Shown here: one piece after another, positions 10,711 through 21,271 of the stretch
Position numbering within the stretch: position 1 is the stretch's first letter
Layout of the letters: every line of letters begins with the position of its first letter
Source: an uncultured Pseudomonadales bacterium
GTDB lineage: Bacteria; Pseudomonadota; Gammaproteobacteria; Pseudomonadales; UBA7434
Length of the DNA stretch: 64,000 nucleotides
Direction of reading: 5' to 3'
Assembly (NCBI GenBank): GCA_943788835.1
Contig: CALSRU010000005.1
Span: 316,264 to 380,263 of the forward strand
Position numbers and translations under genes: made by a program
The notes under the pieces: generated by a model
What the model saw: only the letters and a program-made list of their open reading frames with translations
Told to the model about the DNA's origin: nothing
The model's database searches: none

Positions 10711-11778
10711 CTAAAGTTCGGCCAGTACTGCGCGTTCGGTTGCTAGCGGTTGGCCGGCTAAGCGTAATAAAATCATTTCAATGAAAGTGAAAGCCAAGTT
10801 TGCATTGCCGCGTTTACCGGTTAAGTCGGCCTTTGAGGCCAGTGCTATACAGCGCTCTATATCCTGTGGCTTGAGTCTTGCCATTGCACTACGCAGAGTG
10901 GCTTGTTTGTTGGCTAAAAAAATCCTCTCTGCTTTGAGGCCGGCTTGCAGCTGATTTTTTTGGTGGTAGTCCAGTAGCGTGGCGAGCCTGCGCAACTCAA
11001 AAGCAATAGCTCCCAAGATAGCAGCAGGGTCTTGACCTTCTTCGCGAATATGAGCAAGTGCGCGGCACGCGGCTAAAGAGTTGACCTTAAGTGCATGATC
11101 CAGCATATCGAAGGCTGAAAAGCGGGCGTTGTCGGTGACGGCCTCATCAATCGTTTTAACATCAATTGCAACTAAGGGCGAGGTTGCTTTCTCAGTTACG
11201 GGGCTAGCCGGCATTTTTGCTAGCGACAGTTTCTCTAGCTCTTGCACCGCCGCCATCAAATTGCCTTCTATGCGTTCAGCGAGTAACGCAGCAGCATCGC
11301 CACTGAGCTTAAGGCGATGAGCAGTGGCTCGCTGTATCAGCCATTGTGGTAGCTGTTCAGATGACAGTGGATAAATAGGCACTTGTATGCCCTTGCTGGT
11401 GATAGTGTTGACCCATTTCGGTTTGCCGCTGATGCGAGGTGCAATGATTAACAGCACCGTATCGGGTGGTGGGTCAGCCATGTATTGGCAAATGGCGTTG
11501 CTGCCTTCAACACCGATTTTTGATGAGTTTAAGCGCAGTTCGAGCAATCGTTGGTCACCGAATAATGATAATTCATTGCAACTAGCGAGCCATGCGGGCC
11601 AGCTAAAATGATTGTCTTGTTCGGCCCTTTCTACATCGTTGAAGCCTTTTTCTGCAGCTTTTTTTCTAATGAGCTTGCAGGCGTCGCTTTGTAGCAGCGC
11701 TTCATCGCCGGCAACTAAGTAGGCGCTAGCGAATGATTGCTTTAGATGGGCGGCGAGCTTGTCAGGATAAATTTGCAC
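10711..11778 (-). CDS. holA: DNA polymerase III delta subunit
   Basis: YLVAGDEALL, SLFGDQRLLEL, EGNLMAAVQELEKL; leuS-lptE-holA synteny. Confidence 0.93.
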   Translation of the reverse strand: MQIYPDKLAAHLKQSFASAYLVAGDEALLQSDACKLIRKKAAEKGFNDVERAEQDNHFSWPAWLASCNELSLFGDQRLLELRLNSSKIGVEGSNAICQYMADPPPDTVLLIIAPRISGKPKWVNTITSKGIQVPIYPLSSEQLPQWLIQRATAHRLKLSGDAAALLAERIEGNLMAAVQELEKLSLAKMPASPVTEKATSPLVAIDVKTIDEAVTDNARFSAFDMLDHALKVNSLAACRALAHIREEGQDPAAILGAIAFELRRLATLLDYHQKNQLQAGLKAERIFLANKQATLRSAMARLKPQDIERCIALASKADLTGKRGNANLAFTFIEMILLRLAGQPLATERAVLAEL

Positions 11779-11844
11779 GTTTGATTTCGTCGTTGTGTTC
11801 AGCTTGTGACAGTGTTGGGGGTGTTAGCCCGTTTTTTCTTGTTT

Positions 11845-12375
11845 TTATTGAGATGATAATGCTGCCTTGTTTGATTCGCTGTGCTGCGCATAGCGAATCA
11901 ATTGTAGAGTTTTTGTCGTAATCATTTGCGTAAGTTCATTGTCAACCAACTCGCTCTCGCGCTGTTGCGCGGCGCGCTGCTCGGGGTTGGTGAGCTGCTC
12001 TCGCTCGGCGCTGAGTATGACCGGAGCAATGAGGGTTTGCTGTTTACTGATCCAAGCGAGCTGCACATTGACTGATCGTAGGCGTTCAGCATCACGGCCT
12101 TCAGCGCTTACCGATAAACTGCGATTGCTACGGTCCACTTGTTGTAATGTGATGACACTGCCAGCTATATTACGATTTTTTGTCACCGTAATATTGTTGG
12201 CCATAAGTTGGCGCGTAAGGCTGACCTTCCATTGAGTTTGAGCGTCGATATAAATTGGCTGTAAGGTCGCTTCAGCGAGCAAAGGCTGCTGCAATTGGTA
12301 GCCGCAGCCGCTGATGATAAGCGTTGCCAGAATAACTATGGCATGGAGCGGGTTAATGAATAATTGTTTGTACAT
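11845..12375 (-). CDS. lptE: LPS assembly lipoprotein LptE
   Basis: Lipobox IISGCGYQL; lies between leuS and holA. Confidence 0.85.
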   Translation of the reverse strand: MYKQLFINPLHAIVILATLIISGCGYQLQQPLLAEATLQPIYIDAQTQWKVSLTRQLMANNITVTKNRNIAGSVITLQQVDRSNRSLSVSAEGRDAERLRSVNVQLAWISKQQTLIAPVILSAEREQLTNPEQRAAQQRESELVDNELTQMITTKTLQLIRYAQHSESNKAALSSQ

Positions 12376-12419
12376 ACGGTATATCGATGTCCGCTAGGTG
12401 GATATGCTGTTGCAATGTT

Positions 12420-12484
12420 GTTGTGCTCTATCGCTGCGCTATATTGCCGGGCTATGTTGCTGCGCTATGTTGCCGCGCTATGTG
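12420..12484. repeat. Degenerate 13-bp tandem repeat (consensus GCYGCGCTATGTT, about 5 copies)
   Basis: gttgtgctctatc / gctgcgctatatt / gccgggctatgtt / gctgcgctatgtt / gccgcgctatgtg, between leuS and lptE. Confidence 0.8.
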
Positions 12485-12498
12485 TCGATATTTGCTTG

Positions 12499-15147
12499 TT
12501 AGTTGGCCACAATGTTAACGAGTTTTGCCGGTACTACAATGACTTTACGCACCGTTTTATCAACAATAAATTTCTGCACATTTTCGTGAGCCAGGGCTAG
12601 TTTTTCGACCGTCGCTTTGTCAGTATCAGCCGGCACCTGAAGCTTCGCGCGCACTTTCCCATTGACCTGTACAACTAATTCGATGCTGCTTTTCGTCAGT
12701 GCAGTCGTATCGAGCAAGGGCCAACTGGCTTCTAATACACTGTCTCCAAAACCCAATTGTGCCCAGAGTGTATGGCAGATGTGAGGCGCAATAGGTGCCA
12801 GTAGGCGCAGTAATATACTGACCCCCTCGGCAATCGCTGCTTGCGTATGTTCGCTTGTGTCTTGAGGGTTTTCGGGCGCGCTTTTGTGCAGAGTGTTGAG
12901 TATGGTCATGCAGGCTGCAATGACAGTGTTGAATTGATTTCTTTCGAAATCGAGCAGCGCTTTTTCAAGAACATTGTAGATATTGTGGCGGCAGTTTTCG
13001 CAACCATCATCGTTGTTGTTGGTGCTGTATATGCCGTGCTCGTCGAGCAGTGAGCGGCCCGTTTGTATTGTGCCTTCTTGTTGTTGGCAGAAAACCCAAA
13101 GACGTTTTAAAAATCGTTGTGCGCCGGCTACCCCATCGTCATTCCACTCTAGCGTTTGCTCTGGAGGAGCAGCAAACATGGTAAAGATACGTACAGTGTC
13201 GGCACCGAATTGATCAATAGCCGTTTGAGGGTCGACGCCATTATTTTTTGATTTTGACATTTTTGTCATGCCGCCCACCGTTAAGTCGGCGCCAGTTTTG
13301 CTGTCACGCGCGGCAATGACACGGCCTTTGCTGTCTTGCTCGGTGTCCACGTCTGCCGGGTTGAACCAGTCTTTGCCACCGTCTTCACGCTGATGATAAA
13401 AGGATTCGGCCAATACCATGCCTTGGCAGAGGAGCCGCTTAAAGGGTTCGTTAGATGAAATCAGGCCTTCGTCGCGCATGAGTTTGTGATAGAAGCGCGC
13501 ATACAATAAGTGCAATATGGCGTGCTCAATACCGCCGACATACTGATCGACGGGCAGCCAGTAATTGGCACGCTCGCTGTCGAGAAGACCGTCGGTGTAG
13601 TCGGGGCAGGTGAATCGCGCGTAGTACCAGCTCGACTCCATAAAGGTGTCAAAGGTGTCAGTTTCACGCTCGACCGCACGACCCTCGTGTTCGGCTTTAC
13701 GCCAATGTTCATCGGCCTTGATTGGTGATTGCACCCCATCCATGATGACGTCTTCGGGCAGTAGTGCCGGCAGCTTGTTGAGTGGCACAGGAATTTCGCC
13801 GCCCTCGGGTAGATTGTAGATGGGGATCGGAGCGCCCCAATAGCGTTGCCGAGACACGCCCCAATCACGCAGTCGGAAGTTGGTGGTGGCTTTACCGCAA
13901 TTGAGCCGGGCGAGTGCGTCAGTTATAGCCGTGCTGCAGGCTTTGACATCGAGACCATCAAACTCACCGGAATTCACTGCAACTGTATCGGTTTTGCGCG
14001 CGTACCACTCTTGCCATTGCTTGGCTGAAAAAGCCGTGTCGTTGTCGAGCTTCGATTGCACCACTTGTTCAATTGGTAGCTGGTAGCTGGTAGCAAAAGC
14101 AAAGTCACGCTCGTCATGAGCTGGCACGGCCATAACGGCACCCGAGCCGTAATCCATTAATACATAGTTGGCTATCCAAACCGGAATTTCACGGCCGTTA
14201 AGTGGGTGGGTAACGGTCAGGCCCGTGTCGATGCCTTTCTTCTGCATGGTGGCCATATCGGCTTCAGCAACCGACTGAGCCTTACAGGCCTGAATGAATT
14301 CAGCAATGGCTGGATTGTTTTGGCTGAGCGCTAGCGCTATGGGGTGCTCAGCGGCAAGGCTGGCATAAGTGGCCCCCATTAGTGTATCGGGTCTTGTGGT
14401 GTAGACCGATAAATGCGTAAAGCCTGCGGTGGCAACGGTTAACGCAAAGTCGATTTCTGCCCCCTCACTTTTGCCAATCCAGTTTTTTTGCATGGTTTTT
14501 ACTTGCTCTGGCCATTCGGACAGATCATCAAGGCTGGCCAATAACTCCTCGGCATAGGCGGTGATTTTGATAAACCATTGGGGAATTTCTTTGCGCTCAA
14601 CTAAAACACCCGAGCGCCAGCCGCGACCATCGATGACTTGTTCATTGGCCAGCACCGTGCAGTCCACCGGGTCCCAGTTGACGGTAGCCATTTTTTTATA
14701 GACCAAGCCTTTTTCATAGAGTCGCGTAAAGAACCATTGCTCCCATTTATAGTAATCGGGTTGGCAGGTGGCAAATTCGCGTGACCAGTCAAAGCTAAAG
14801 CCCAGTGATTGGAGCTGTTGGCGCATGTAATCAATATTTTGATAGGTCCACTTAGCCGGTGCCGTTTTGTTTTGAATAGCGGCATTTTCTGCCGGCAAGC
14901 CAAACGCATCCCACCCCATGGGGTGCAGTACATTTTTACCCAGCATAGTTTGGTAGCGCGCAATGACATCAGTGATGGTGTAGTTGCGCACATGCCCCAT
15001 GTGCAGTTTGCCACTGGGGTAGGGGAACATTGCCAGGCAGTAAAATTTTTCTTGCTCAGGGTTTTCACGCGTAACAAAACATTCGTTATCGTGCCAATAC
15101 TGCTGGGCTTGAGCTTCAATATGCTGGGGATCGTAATCTTGCGACAT
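12499..15147 (-). CDS. leuS: Leucyl-tRNA synthetase
   Basis: HMGH (HIGH) and KMSKS motifs, YTTRPDT editing domain; start placed at MSQDYDP (15147) rather than the ORF-track start 15306. Confidence 0.97.
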   Translation of the reverse strand: MSQDYDPQHIEAQAQQYWHDNECFVTRENPEQEKFYCLAMFPYPSGKLHMGHVRNYTITDVIARYQTMLGKNVLHPMGWDAFGLPAENAAIQNKTAPAKWTYQNIDYMRQQLQSLGFSFDWSREFATCQPDYYKWEQWFFTRLYEKGLVYKKMATVNWDPVDCTVLANEQVIDGRGWRSGVLVERKEIPQWFIKITAYAEELLASLDDLSEWPEQVKTMQKNWIGKSEGAEIDFALTVATAGFTHLSVYTTRPDTLMGATYASLAAEHPIALALSQNNPAIAEFIQACKAQSVAEADMATMQKKGIDTGLTVTHPLNGREIPVWIANYVLMDYGSGAVMAVPAHDERDFAFATSYQLPIEQVVQSKLDNDTAFSAKQWQEWYARKTDTVAVNSGEFDGLDVKACSTAITDALARLNCGKATTNFRLRDWGVSRQRYWGAPIPIYNLPEGGEIPVPLNKLPALLPEDVIMDGVQSPIKADEHWRKAEHEGRAVERETDTFDTFMESSWYYARFTCPDYTDGLLDSERANYWLPVDQYVGGIEHAILHLLYARFYHKLMRDEGLISSNEPFKRLLCQGMVLAESFYHQREDGGKDWFNPADVDTEQDSKGRVIAARDSKTGADLTVGGMTKMSKSKNNGVDPQTAIDQFGADTVRIFTMFAAPPEQTLEWNDDGVAGAQRFLKRLWVFCQQQEGTIQTGRSLLDEHGIYSTNNNDDGCENCRHNIYNVLEKALLDFERNQFNTVIAACMTILNTLHKSAPENPQDTSEHTQAAIAEGVSILLRLLAPIAPHICHTLWAQLGFGDSVLEASWPLLDTTALTKSSIELVVQVNGKVRAKLQVPADTDKATVEKLALAHENVQKFIVDKTVRKVIVVPAKLVNIVAN

Positions 15148-15319
15148 GGGCACTTGGCAACACTTTACTAAGTTGATGGACGCTGATAAGAGCGTGCTGG
15201 TGCAGCGGTGATGGCTGCTACAAAAGTACGCTAGAATACATCGATCTGAGTCCCTTTCGCCAGCGCTGTGGCTGTAACTATCTGCCACAAACTGCCAAGG
15301 AGCCATAACAGGAACCGTA

Positions 15320-16078
15320 ATGCTTTATCGAACGCTGTTAAAATTTTGGTTGTTGCCGCCAATGCTCAATATTTTGCTGATTATGCTGGGCTTGCTGTTG
15401 TTGGCTCGGTATAGGCGACTAGGTATCGCCTGTTGCACAACAGGCTTGCTGTCACTGCTGCTGCTGTCTATCCCACAATTTAGCAATTTGTTACTGCAGT
15501 CTACTGAGGTGGCCGATGCATTGGATGCAAACCACGAGCGATTGCAATCGGCCGATGCAATTGTGGTGCTCGGTGCGGGTCATCTTGAATTCGCGGCTGA
15601 GTACGGCGACGCACAACCCAGCCATGATGGCGTGGCTAGGCTCAGCTATGCGGCCTATTTGCACGGCATGACGGGCTTGCCTTTAATGTTGACCGGCGGT
15701 CAGCCCGCAGGTAGTGAGCATGTTCATGCGCAGGTACTGGCGCGTTACCTGCAGCGTAATTATGGTTTGATGCCCACCTGGATTGAAGCCGGTAGCCGTA
15801 CCACTGAGGAAAACGCGATTAATGCAGCGGCTGTTCTGTTGCCTCAGCAATTGGGCACAGTTTTGCTCGTGACCCAGTCAATGCATATGCGTCGTTCAGT
15901 ACATCTGTTTGAGGCCGCTGGTTTCATCGTTATTCCTGCACCTACGGAATTATCTTTTGCCAGCTCGCCGGCGGCGCAAGCATGGCGCTGGATTCCCACC
16001 ACAAAAGCGCTGCACAACAGCTCGATGGTAATACATGAAATACTGGGCTATTGGTGGTATCGATTACGTGCTTTATAG
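15320..16078 (+). CDS. YdcF/ElyC/SanA-family (DUF218) envelope protein
   Basis: Two N-terminal TM segments, [32 protein letters not shown]. Confidence 0.85.
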   Translation: MLYRTLLKFWLLPPMLNILLIMLGLLLLARYRRLGIACCTTGLLSLLLLSIPQFSNLLLQSTEVADALDANHERLQSADAIVVLGAGHLEFAAEYGDAQPSHDGVARLSYAAYLHGMTGLPLMLTGGQPAGSEHVHAQVLARYLQRNYGLMPTWIEAGSRTTEENAINAAAVLLPQQLGTVLLVTQSMHMRRSVHLFEAAGFIVIPAPTELSFASSPAAQAWRWIPTTKALHNSSMVIHEILGYWWYRLRAL

Positions 16079-16229
16079 TCGGAGTTTTTGGCCTTCGTCT
16101 GTCTCAGGTCCTAAGAGTTGTAGGCTTCATATGTACCAATGGTGATTTAATTGGTGGCTAGCGTTGACAGTCTAATTGCAGGGTTGTAACTTCACGCTCT
16201 TATGTTAATTGAAAATAAAGGATAAACCT

Positions 16230-17444
16230 ATGAAATTGACGGGTCTTCTATCAGCACAGATTGTGTTTTCAGCGATAGCCTCATTGGTTATGGCGTGTGC
16301 ACATGCCGATAACTTCAACGCAAGAAATTCGGCTATGGGTGGCGCTGGCGTGGCCTCCAGTGAGTATGATGCTGCTGCCTTATACAATCCGGCTTTACTG
16401 ACCCGAAAAGATGCAAGCGATAGTGTTTCGATAATACTGCCTGCCATTGGAATTGAGGCGAGCGATAAAGAGGATGTCATTGAAAAATTAGACGACCTCG
16501 TTGATATTTTCGATGAATTGGACGCAGCGATTGAGGCATTCGATGCGGTTGCGGCGGAGTCGGCAAAGGATCGTATATTAAGTGATCTTGCCGAAATTGA
16601 TGCAAAGCCTGTGCGCATCCATGCGGGTGCAGCAATCGTGATTGCTGTGCCTGGAGACAATGTAGGGTACTCATTCGACGTGCGAAATTCGCTGGATTTG
16701 GCGGTGCTGGCCGACTTTGACGAAAACGATGAAGCAGTTTTAGATAATGCGATTTCGACTGGCGATACCTCGACCATCGATGATGATTTAGGCTCATCGG
16801 CAGTGGCCCTTGGCGCTTCGGTGACCGAACTTGTGTTTAGCTTTGCCAAAAGTGTCGAGATTGGAGGGCGTCAATATTCTTTTGCCGTTGCTCCTAAGTA
16901 CCAAACGGTTGAAACTATTTTGTACTCGCAGGGCGCCAATAATTTTGATTCTGATGATTTTGATGCGGATGATTCGACGCTTGATGATTCGAACTTCAAT
17001 ATTGATATTGGCATGGCGCTTTTTCTAAACGAAAAAGTAACCGTTGGCGCAACATTTAAAAACTTGATTAGCGATGAATATCAAACAGTGATTGATCCTA
17101 GTTCGGGGCAATCGGGTGTCTATCAAGTCGATCCGACGATCACTGTTGGGGTCGGTTATGAAACTAGTTTTATGTCGACGTCAGTCGATGTGGATTTACT
17201 GCCCGTGAAATCATTTAAAAGATTTGAGGACTCGCAGTTTCTCCGTGCCGGTGTAGAGTTGAATGCGGCAGATTGGGCTCAATTTCGATTGGGTGTACGT
17301 GTCGATTTGGAAGACACGCGCGAGAACGTCGCCACAGTTGGCTTTGGGTTATCACCGTTCGATATATTTCATATTGGTTTAACCGCAATCGCAGGCGAGA
17401 ACGAAACTTATGGCGGTGCTTTGGAACTAAAGCTTACTTTGTAA
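16230..17444 (+). CDS. TraF_2-like outer-membrane/exported protein (stand-alone)
   Basis: Signal peptide, ARNSAMGGAGVA...YNPALL N-terminal motif, C-terminal beta-strand pattern; ATG 16230 has an AAGGA RBS. Confidence 0.7.
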   Translation: MKLTGLLSAQIVFSAIASLVMACAHADNFNARNSAMGGAGVASSEYDAAALYNPALLTRKDASDSVSIILPAIGIEASDKEDVIEKLDDLVDIFDELDAAIEAFDAVAAESAKDRILSDLAEIDAKPVRIHAGAAIVIAVPGDNVGYSFDVRNSLDLAVLADFDENDEAVLDNAISTGDTSTIDDDLGSSAVALGASVTELVFSFAKSVEIGGRQYSFAVAPKYQTVETILYSQGANNFDSDDFDADDSTLDDSNFNIDIGMALFLNEKVTVGATFKNLISDEYQTVIDPSSGQSGVYQVDPTITVGVGYETSFMSTSVDVDLLPVKSFKRFEDSQFLRAGVELNAADWAQFRLGVRVDLEDTRENVATVGFGLSPFDIFHIGLTAIAGENETYGGALELKLTL

Positions 17445-17492
17445 GTTTTTAGCGCTTCAAGGCTCTGAGTTTGCGGAGCGACCGAGTGTCGC

Positions 17493-19013
17493 TCAGGTGG
17501 TTGTAGAGGCCAATGCGCGAATGATGACCGCTCGTGTATCGGCGGGATCGATCACGGCATCAATTTCTAAAAATGCGGCGGCTTCGGTGGCTTGGCCACG
17601 CTGATAAGCGGCATCCACTAGGCTATCGAACAAGGCATCGCGCTCTTGCGCACTGGAAGCGGCAGCGAGCTCTTTTTTGAAACCTAAGTGCACGGCGCCT
17701 TCAAGCCCCATGCCTCCAAATTCACCGGTGGGCCAGCTTGCACTGTACACCGGCTTGGCAAAGCTGCCTGCGGCCATGGCCATGGCGCCCAGGCCATAAC
17801 CCTTGCGTAAAAAAATAGCGACCATCGGTGTACTGAGCTTGGCGCCTACCGTAAATAGCCGCGACATACGTGGCACGGCCGCTTGATTTTCACTGTCGGG
17901 CCCCACCATGAATCCGGGCGTGTCGCACAAGCTGACAATCGGCAACCCAAACCGATCGCAAAGCTCCATGAAGTCGGCCATTTTATCTGCGGCCTCGGCA
18001 TCAATCGCGCCACCGAGTTCCCGGCTATTACTGGCCATCACGCCAACCGCACGGCCGTTAATACGCGCAAAGCTCGTTATCACGGGTTTGCCGTAGGCAT
18101 GTTTCAATTCGAGCACAGTGTCGGTGTCAAAAATGGTTTGTAACACCTGCTTCACTTTGTAAGAAAAGCGTCGGTTTTCAGGCATTGCCTCACGGAGTAG
18201 GTCTTGATCGGCACAGCTTGCATGGGCTACATCGCCTTGTAAGTAACTTAGCACCTGTTTTGCTAAGGCGGTGGCATGGGCTTCGTCGTCGGCCAACAGA
18301 TCGATCGTGCCATTGGTGGCAAGCTGCACAGCGGGGCCGATATCAGTGGGTGCAAAGCTGCCCAAACCGCCGCCTTCAATCATGGCTGGCCCAGCCATGC
18401 CAATGCAACTGCTGCGTGTGGCGATGGCAATATCTGCGCCACCCAAAAGCGCGGCGTTACCGGCAAAACAAAAACCGTTGTTGATGGCAATGCGCGGGGC
18501 TATGCCGTGTAGTCGACCCCAATGGATAAATGAATTCACATTCAAGCCGGCGATTTGTGTTTTAACATCAACATCCCCTGGCCGGCCGCCGCCGCCTTCG
18601 GTATACATGACAACCGGTAATTGCTGCTGATGCGCCACTTCTAAAATACGATCTAGTTTTTGATGATGAAAAAAACCTTGTGAGCCGGCTAGCACCGTGT
18701 AGTCATTAATAATAACCACAGCTCGGCAGTCGGCCGCAGGCAGCAGTGTTTGATTGATAGTGGCGGTACCAGTGATGACGCCGTCGGCTGGCGTATTTTT
18801 TTGTAAGTCTTCGAGTTCGCGCCGTTCGCGTTGGGCCGCTACTGCAAGCTGCCCATATTCCTGAAAGCTCTTTGCGTCGCACAGGTCGTGTAGATTTTCA
18901 CGCGCAGTGCGGTAGCCTTTACTATGGCGCTTGACCACGATTTCTTGACGTTCTGCGTCCAGTGTTTTTTCTTGCAGTGCCTTGAATAGGCCGAGAGTAG
19001 GGTGGTCAGGCAT
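17493..19013 (-). CDS. Acyl-CoA carboxylase carboxyltransferase subunit (stand-alone)
   Basis: TARENL, TPADGVITG, EGGGGRPGD, DTPGFMVGP, WPTGEFGGMGLEG. Confidence 0.88.
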   Translation of the reverse strand: MPDHPTLGLFKALQEKTLDAERQEIVVKRHSKGYRTARENLHDLCDAKSFQEYGQLAVAAQRERRELEDLQKNTPADGVITGTATINQTLLPAADCRAVVIINDYTVLAGSQGFFHHQKLDRILEVAHQQQLPVVMYTEGGGGRPGDVDVKTQIAGLNVNSFIHWGRLHGIAPRIAINNGFCFAGNAALLGGADIAIATRSSCIGMAGPAMIEGGGLGSFAPTDIGPAVQLATNGTIDLLADDEAHATALAKQVLSYLQGDVAHASCADQDLLREAMPENRRFSYKVKQVLQTIFDTDTVLELKHAYGKPVITSFARINGRAVGVMASNSRELGGAIDAEAADKMADFMELCDRFGLPIVSLCDTPGFMVGPDSENQAAVPRMSRLFTVGAKLSTPMVAIFLRKGYGLGAMAMAAGSFAKPVYSASWPTGEFGGMGLEGAVHLGFKKELAAASSAQERDALFDSLVDAAYQRGQATEAAAFLEIDAVIDPADTRAVIIRALASTTT

Positions 19014-19185
19014 GGGCTTCTCAAGTATGGATTTTGTGTATTTGTATGGGGCAAGTTTATCGTTTTAAGTAAAGTAGAGCAAAAGTGTAAGGGCAGGCGC
19101 TACTGTACGCTACTCAGCGAAGCGCATAAAAATTTCATTAAACGATGATTGTTTACGGTTTTATGTAGGCAACGCTTTTTATTTT

Positions 19186-19950
19186 TTAATCTAGGCGCTG
19201 AACTCTGCGCATGTAAAATGCCTCGGCTTCTCTAACAATCGTCCGCAGAGCTTCCTCTTCACGCTCATCACTAGTTAAAAGAAAGTGCAGTCCAATGGCA
19301 TGGTTGCGTGTGTCAGTGTGGCGTATATTTGTGGCGCGCGTTAACGTTACATCATGCAGGCTCAAAGCGATGACAGCCTCATCGCCTATTTTGACTTTTG
19401 CAAAATCATCGGGGCTCAAACAGACGCGAGCACCGTCGGCATTGATGTCTTTGATTTCAGCGTCTAGGCATCTATCGGTTTCGATGGAGACTGATGCAGC
19501 GACACCAAGCGCCTGCAAAACTGGCACGCGAAATAGCGCTCGTCGGCCAGCGCTTTCAATAGCGTCGGGTATGAAAAGTTCTAGTTCCACCATATCGTCA
19601 TCAATTAATTTGGACGCTTTTACCGTGGTTAAAAAGATATGGGGCTGTGACTTATAATTAAAAGAAACAGAGCAGATCGCACCGGTATCGAGTAACGCGC
19701 GAACTTCATTCAGCTTTATTTCAATCGTTATCGAGGTGGCATTGTAACTTTTGAAGATACCCTGCCACGAAGATGAGAGCTCTGTGCTGTCCATGAGCAG
19801 AGGTATATCTCTTGCGCAGGTAGATGCCAAAATTTCATTTACAATACGTTTTTTTCGTTGTTTTGGTGATTCTTTGTTCGATGCCGTCTTGCGACTCTTT
19901 TTACTAGAAGAGTGCAAAGCAAAGGCTAAATTGGTCCACCAGCTACACAT
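19186..19950 (-). CDS. PilZ-domain protein (YcgR/flagellar-brake-like architecture)
   Basis: RRALFRVP (RxxxR), DINADGA, C-terminal GLHF strand; exact start uncertain. Confidence 0.7.
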   Translation of the reverse strand: MCSWWTNLAFALHSSSKKSRKTASNKESPKQRKKRIVNEILASTCARDIPLLMDSTELSSSWQGIFKSYNATSITIEIKLNEVRALLDTGAICSVSFNYKSQPHIFLTTVKASKLIDDDMVELELFIPDAIESAGRRALFRVPVLQALGVAASVSIETDRCLDAEIKDINADGARVCLSPDDFAKVKIGDEAVIALSLHDVTLTRATNIRHTDTRNHAIGLHFLLTSDEREEEALRTIVREAEAFYMRRVQRLD

Positions 19951-20129
19951 GTTATTGATTCATTGAGTTAAAAGGGTTACTACCGTTACTTCAGCTTAGC
20001 GTACTTCTTCTCTGCTTAGTCCCTCGGGGTCTATTTTTTTGCAGATAACTGATATAGATCAATATTATATTAGCTGGCGATCAATAATTAGTCGCATGGC
20101 GGGCTAAAGGCTATGCTTTTCGGCTTTAT

Positions 20130-21104
20130 TTAAACAGTCTCGAGCAACGATGTAGCGTTAAGCGAGGGTGTCGTGGCTGGGTAGATACATTGGCCAAGGC
20201 AATGCAGCTCTCCGGGCTTGAGCTTGATACTGTGTTCGAGAGTATTGGCAGGCTCGATGCAGAGCATGGTTCGATAACCTTGATCATTAAAATCGGGCAT
20301 ACCTTCGGCAATGACTTGACCGGGGTTCCAGACCACAACGTTGGCATTACCCCAGCTAGTGATGGCGGTGGAGAGTGTGTCAGATGAATTTATCAGACGC
20401 AGGTTTTTAGGTGGGTCCAGATAAATCCGATCAATTTCGCCATAGACGTTCAGCGCATTGTCTTGTGTGCAGCGTTGATAATGCTGGGTGTTATCTAAGT
20501 AGGTTAAGCCGGTAACAGCAGGCAGTGCAGCGGAGGAATGGCAAGGTGTAGAGAAGTAGTTGTGCAAAGCATTACCGATTTTCAGTGGAACGTTGGAAAT
20601 ATTTTTGGTGCGCATTTCCATCCATAAAGAATCAGTGAGCTTAATTTCAATTTCCAAAGAAGCTTTGTTGCGCCACTCGCTATAGGGGGCGGTGGCGGCA
20701 TCAAGGGTCAAGACAATTGAAGTGGCATTATTGTCGGCGCAGGTTTCTGTCACCAGGAAATTAGAGGTTCTTGCATAGCCGTGTTTCGGTTTGTCAGTAT
20801 CACTCGAATTTGGTCCGAACCAAGGCCAACAAAGTGGAATGCCGCCACGCAAACCTGTTTCGGCTTGGTAGGTGGCCGTCTCACTCATCCACAAAATCTC
20901 TTTGTTCTTACCCGTTGGGCTGTTTTTTTTTGTGCTGAATCGCGTGATGTGGGCGCCTTGAAGATACAGCTCGATGAGAGCAGTTTGATAAGTGAGCTCG
21001 GCTTTGATGAGGCCTCCGCGGCCTTGGCAGAAGTGCAGTCGGCCTGCGACTCCAAAGCGTTCATTCAAGCGATCTATTTGGGTATCGTTCATTAGTTTGG
21101 TCAT
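20130..21104 (-). CDS. D-hexose-6-phosphate mutarotase (aldose 1-epimerase family)
   Basis: RGGIPLCWPWFG, HGYAR, ALHNYF, VVWNPG, MLCIEPA. Confidence 0.9.
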   Translation of the reverse strand: MTKLMNDTQIDRLNERFGVAGRLHFCQGRGGLIKAELTYQTALIELYLQGAHITRFSTKKNSPTGKNKEILWMSETATYQAETGLRGGIPLCWPWFGPNSSDTDKPKHGYARTSNFLVTETCADNNATSIVLTLDAATAPYSEWRNKASLEIEIKLTDSLWMEMRTKNISNVPLKIGNALHNYFSTPCHSSAALPAVTGLTYLDNTQHYQRCTQDNALNVYGEIDRIYLDPPKNLRLINSSDTLSTAITSWGNANVVVWNPGQVIAEGMPDFNDQGYRTMLCIEPANTLEHSIKLKPGELHCLGQCIYPATTPSLNATSLLETV

Positions 21105-21199
21105 AAAAATGTTTACTGTTGGTGTTGTTGCTGATGTAACCTAACGATTATATGCTGTTGTAAGTATTTATGTAGCCATCAATCACGGCTATTAATTTT

Positions 21200-21238
21200 G
21201 ACTGTCAATTCAGACTGTCAATTCGGAGTGTCAATGCA
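21200..21238. repeat. 13-bp tandem repeat, 3 copies (GACTGTCAATTCA)
   Basis: gactgtcaattca / gactgtcaattcg / gagtgtcaatgca. Confidence 0.8.
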
Positions 21239-21271
21239 GGCCAAGCTGCAGCAGTTTCAATCTGTTGGAAT

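Noticed and set aside
15148-15306. Apparent 53-aa N-terminal extension of LeuS
   Set aside because: LeuS similarity begins at MSQDYDP; the extension is open frame across the divergent promoter region
16209-17444. TraF-like gene as evidence for a conjugative element
   Set aside because: No relaxase, T4SS or integrase genes nearby; stand-alone chromosomal members of this family are common
21200-21238. Pho box (CTGTCA half-sites) regulating the alkaline phosphatase
   Set aside because: The period is 13 bp rather than 11, and the array lies downstream of the phosphatase gene
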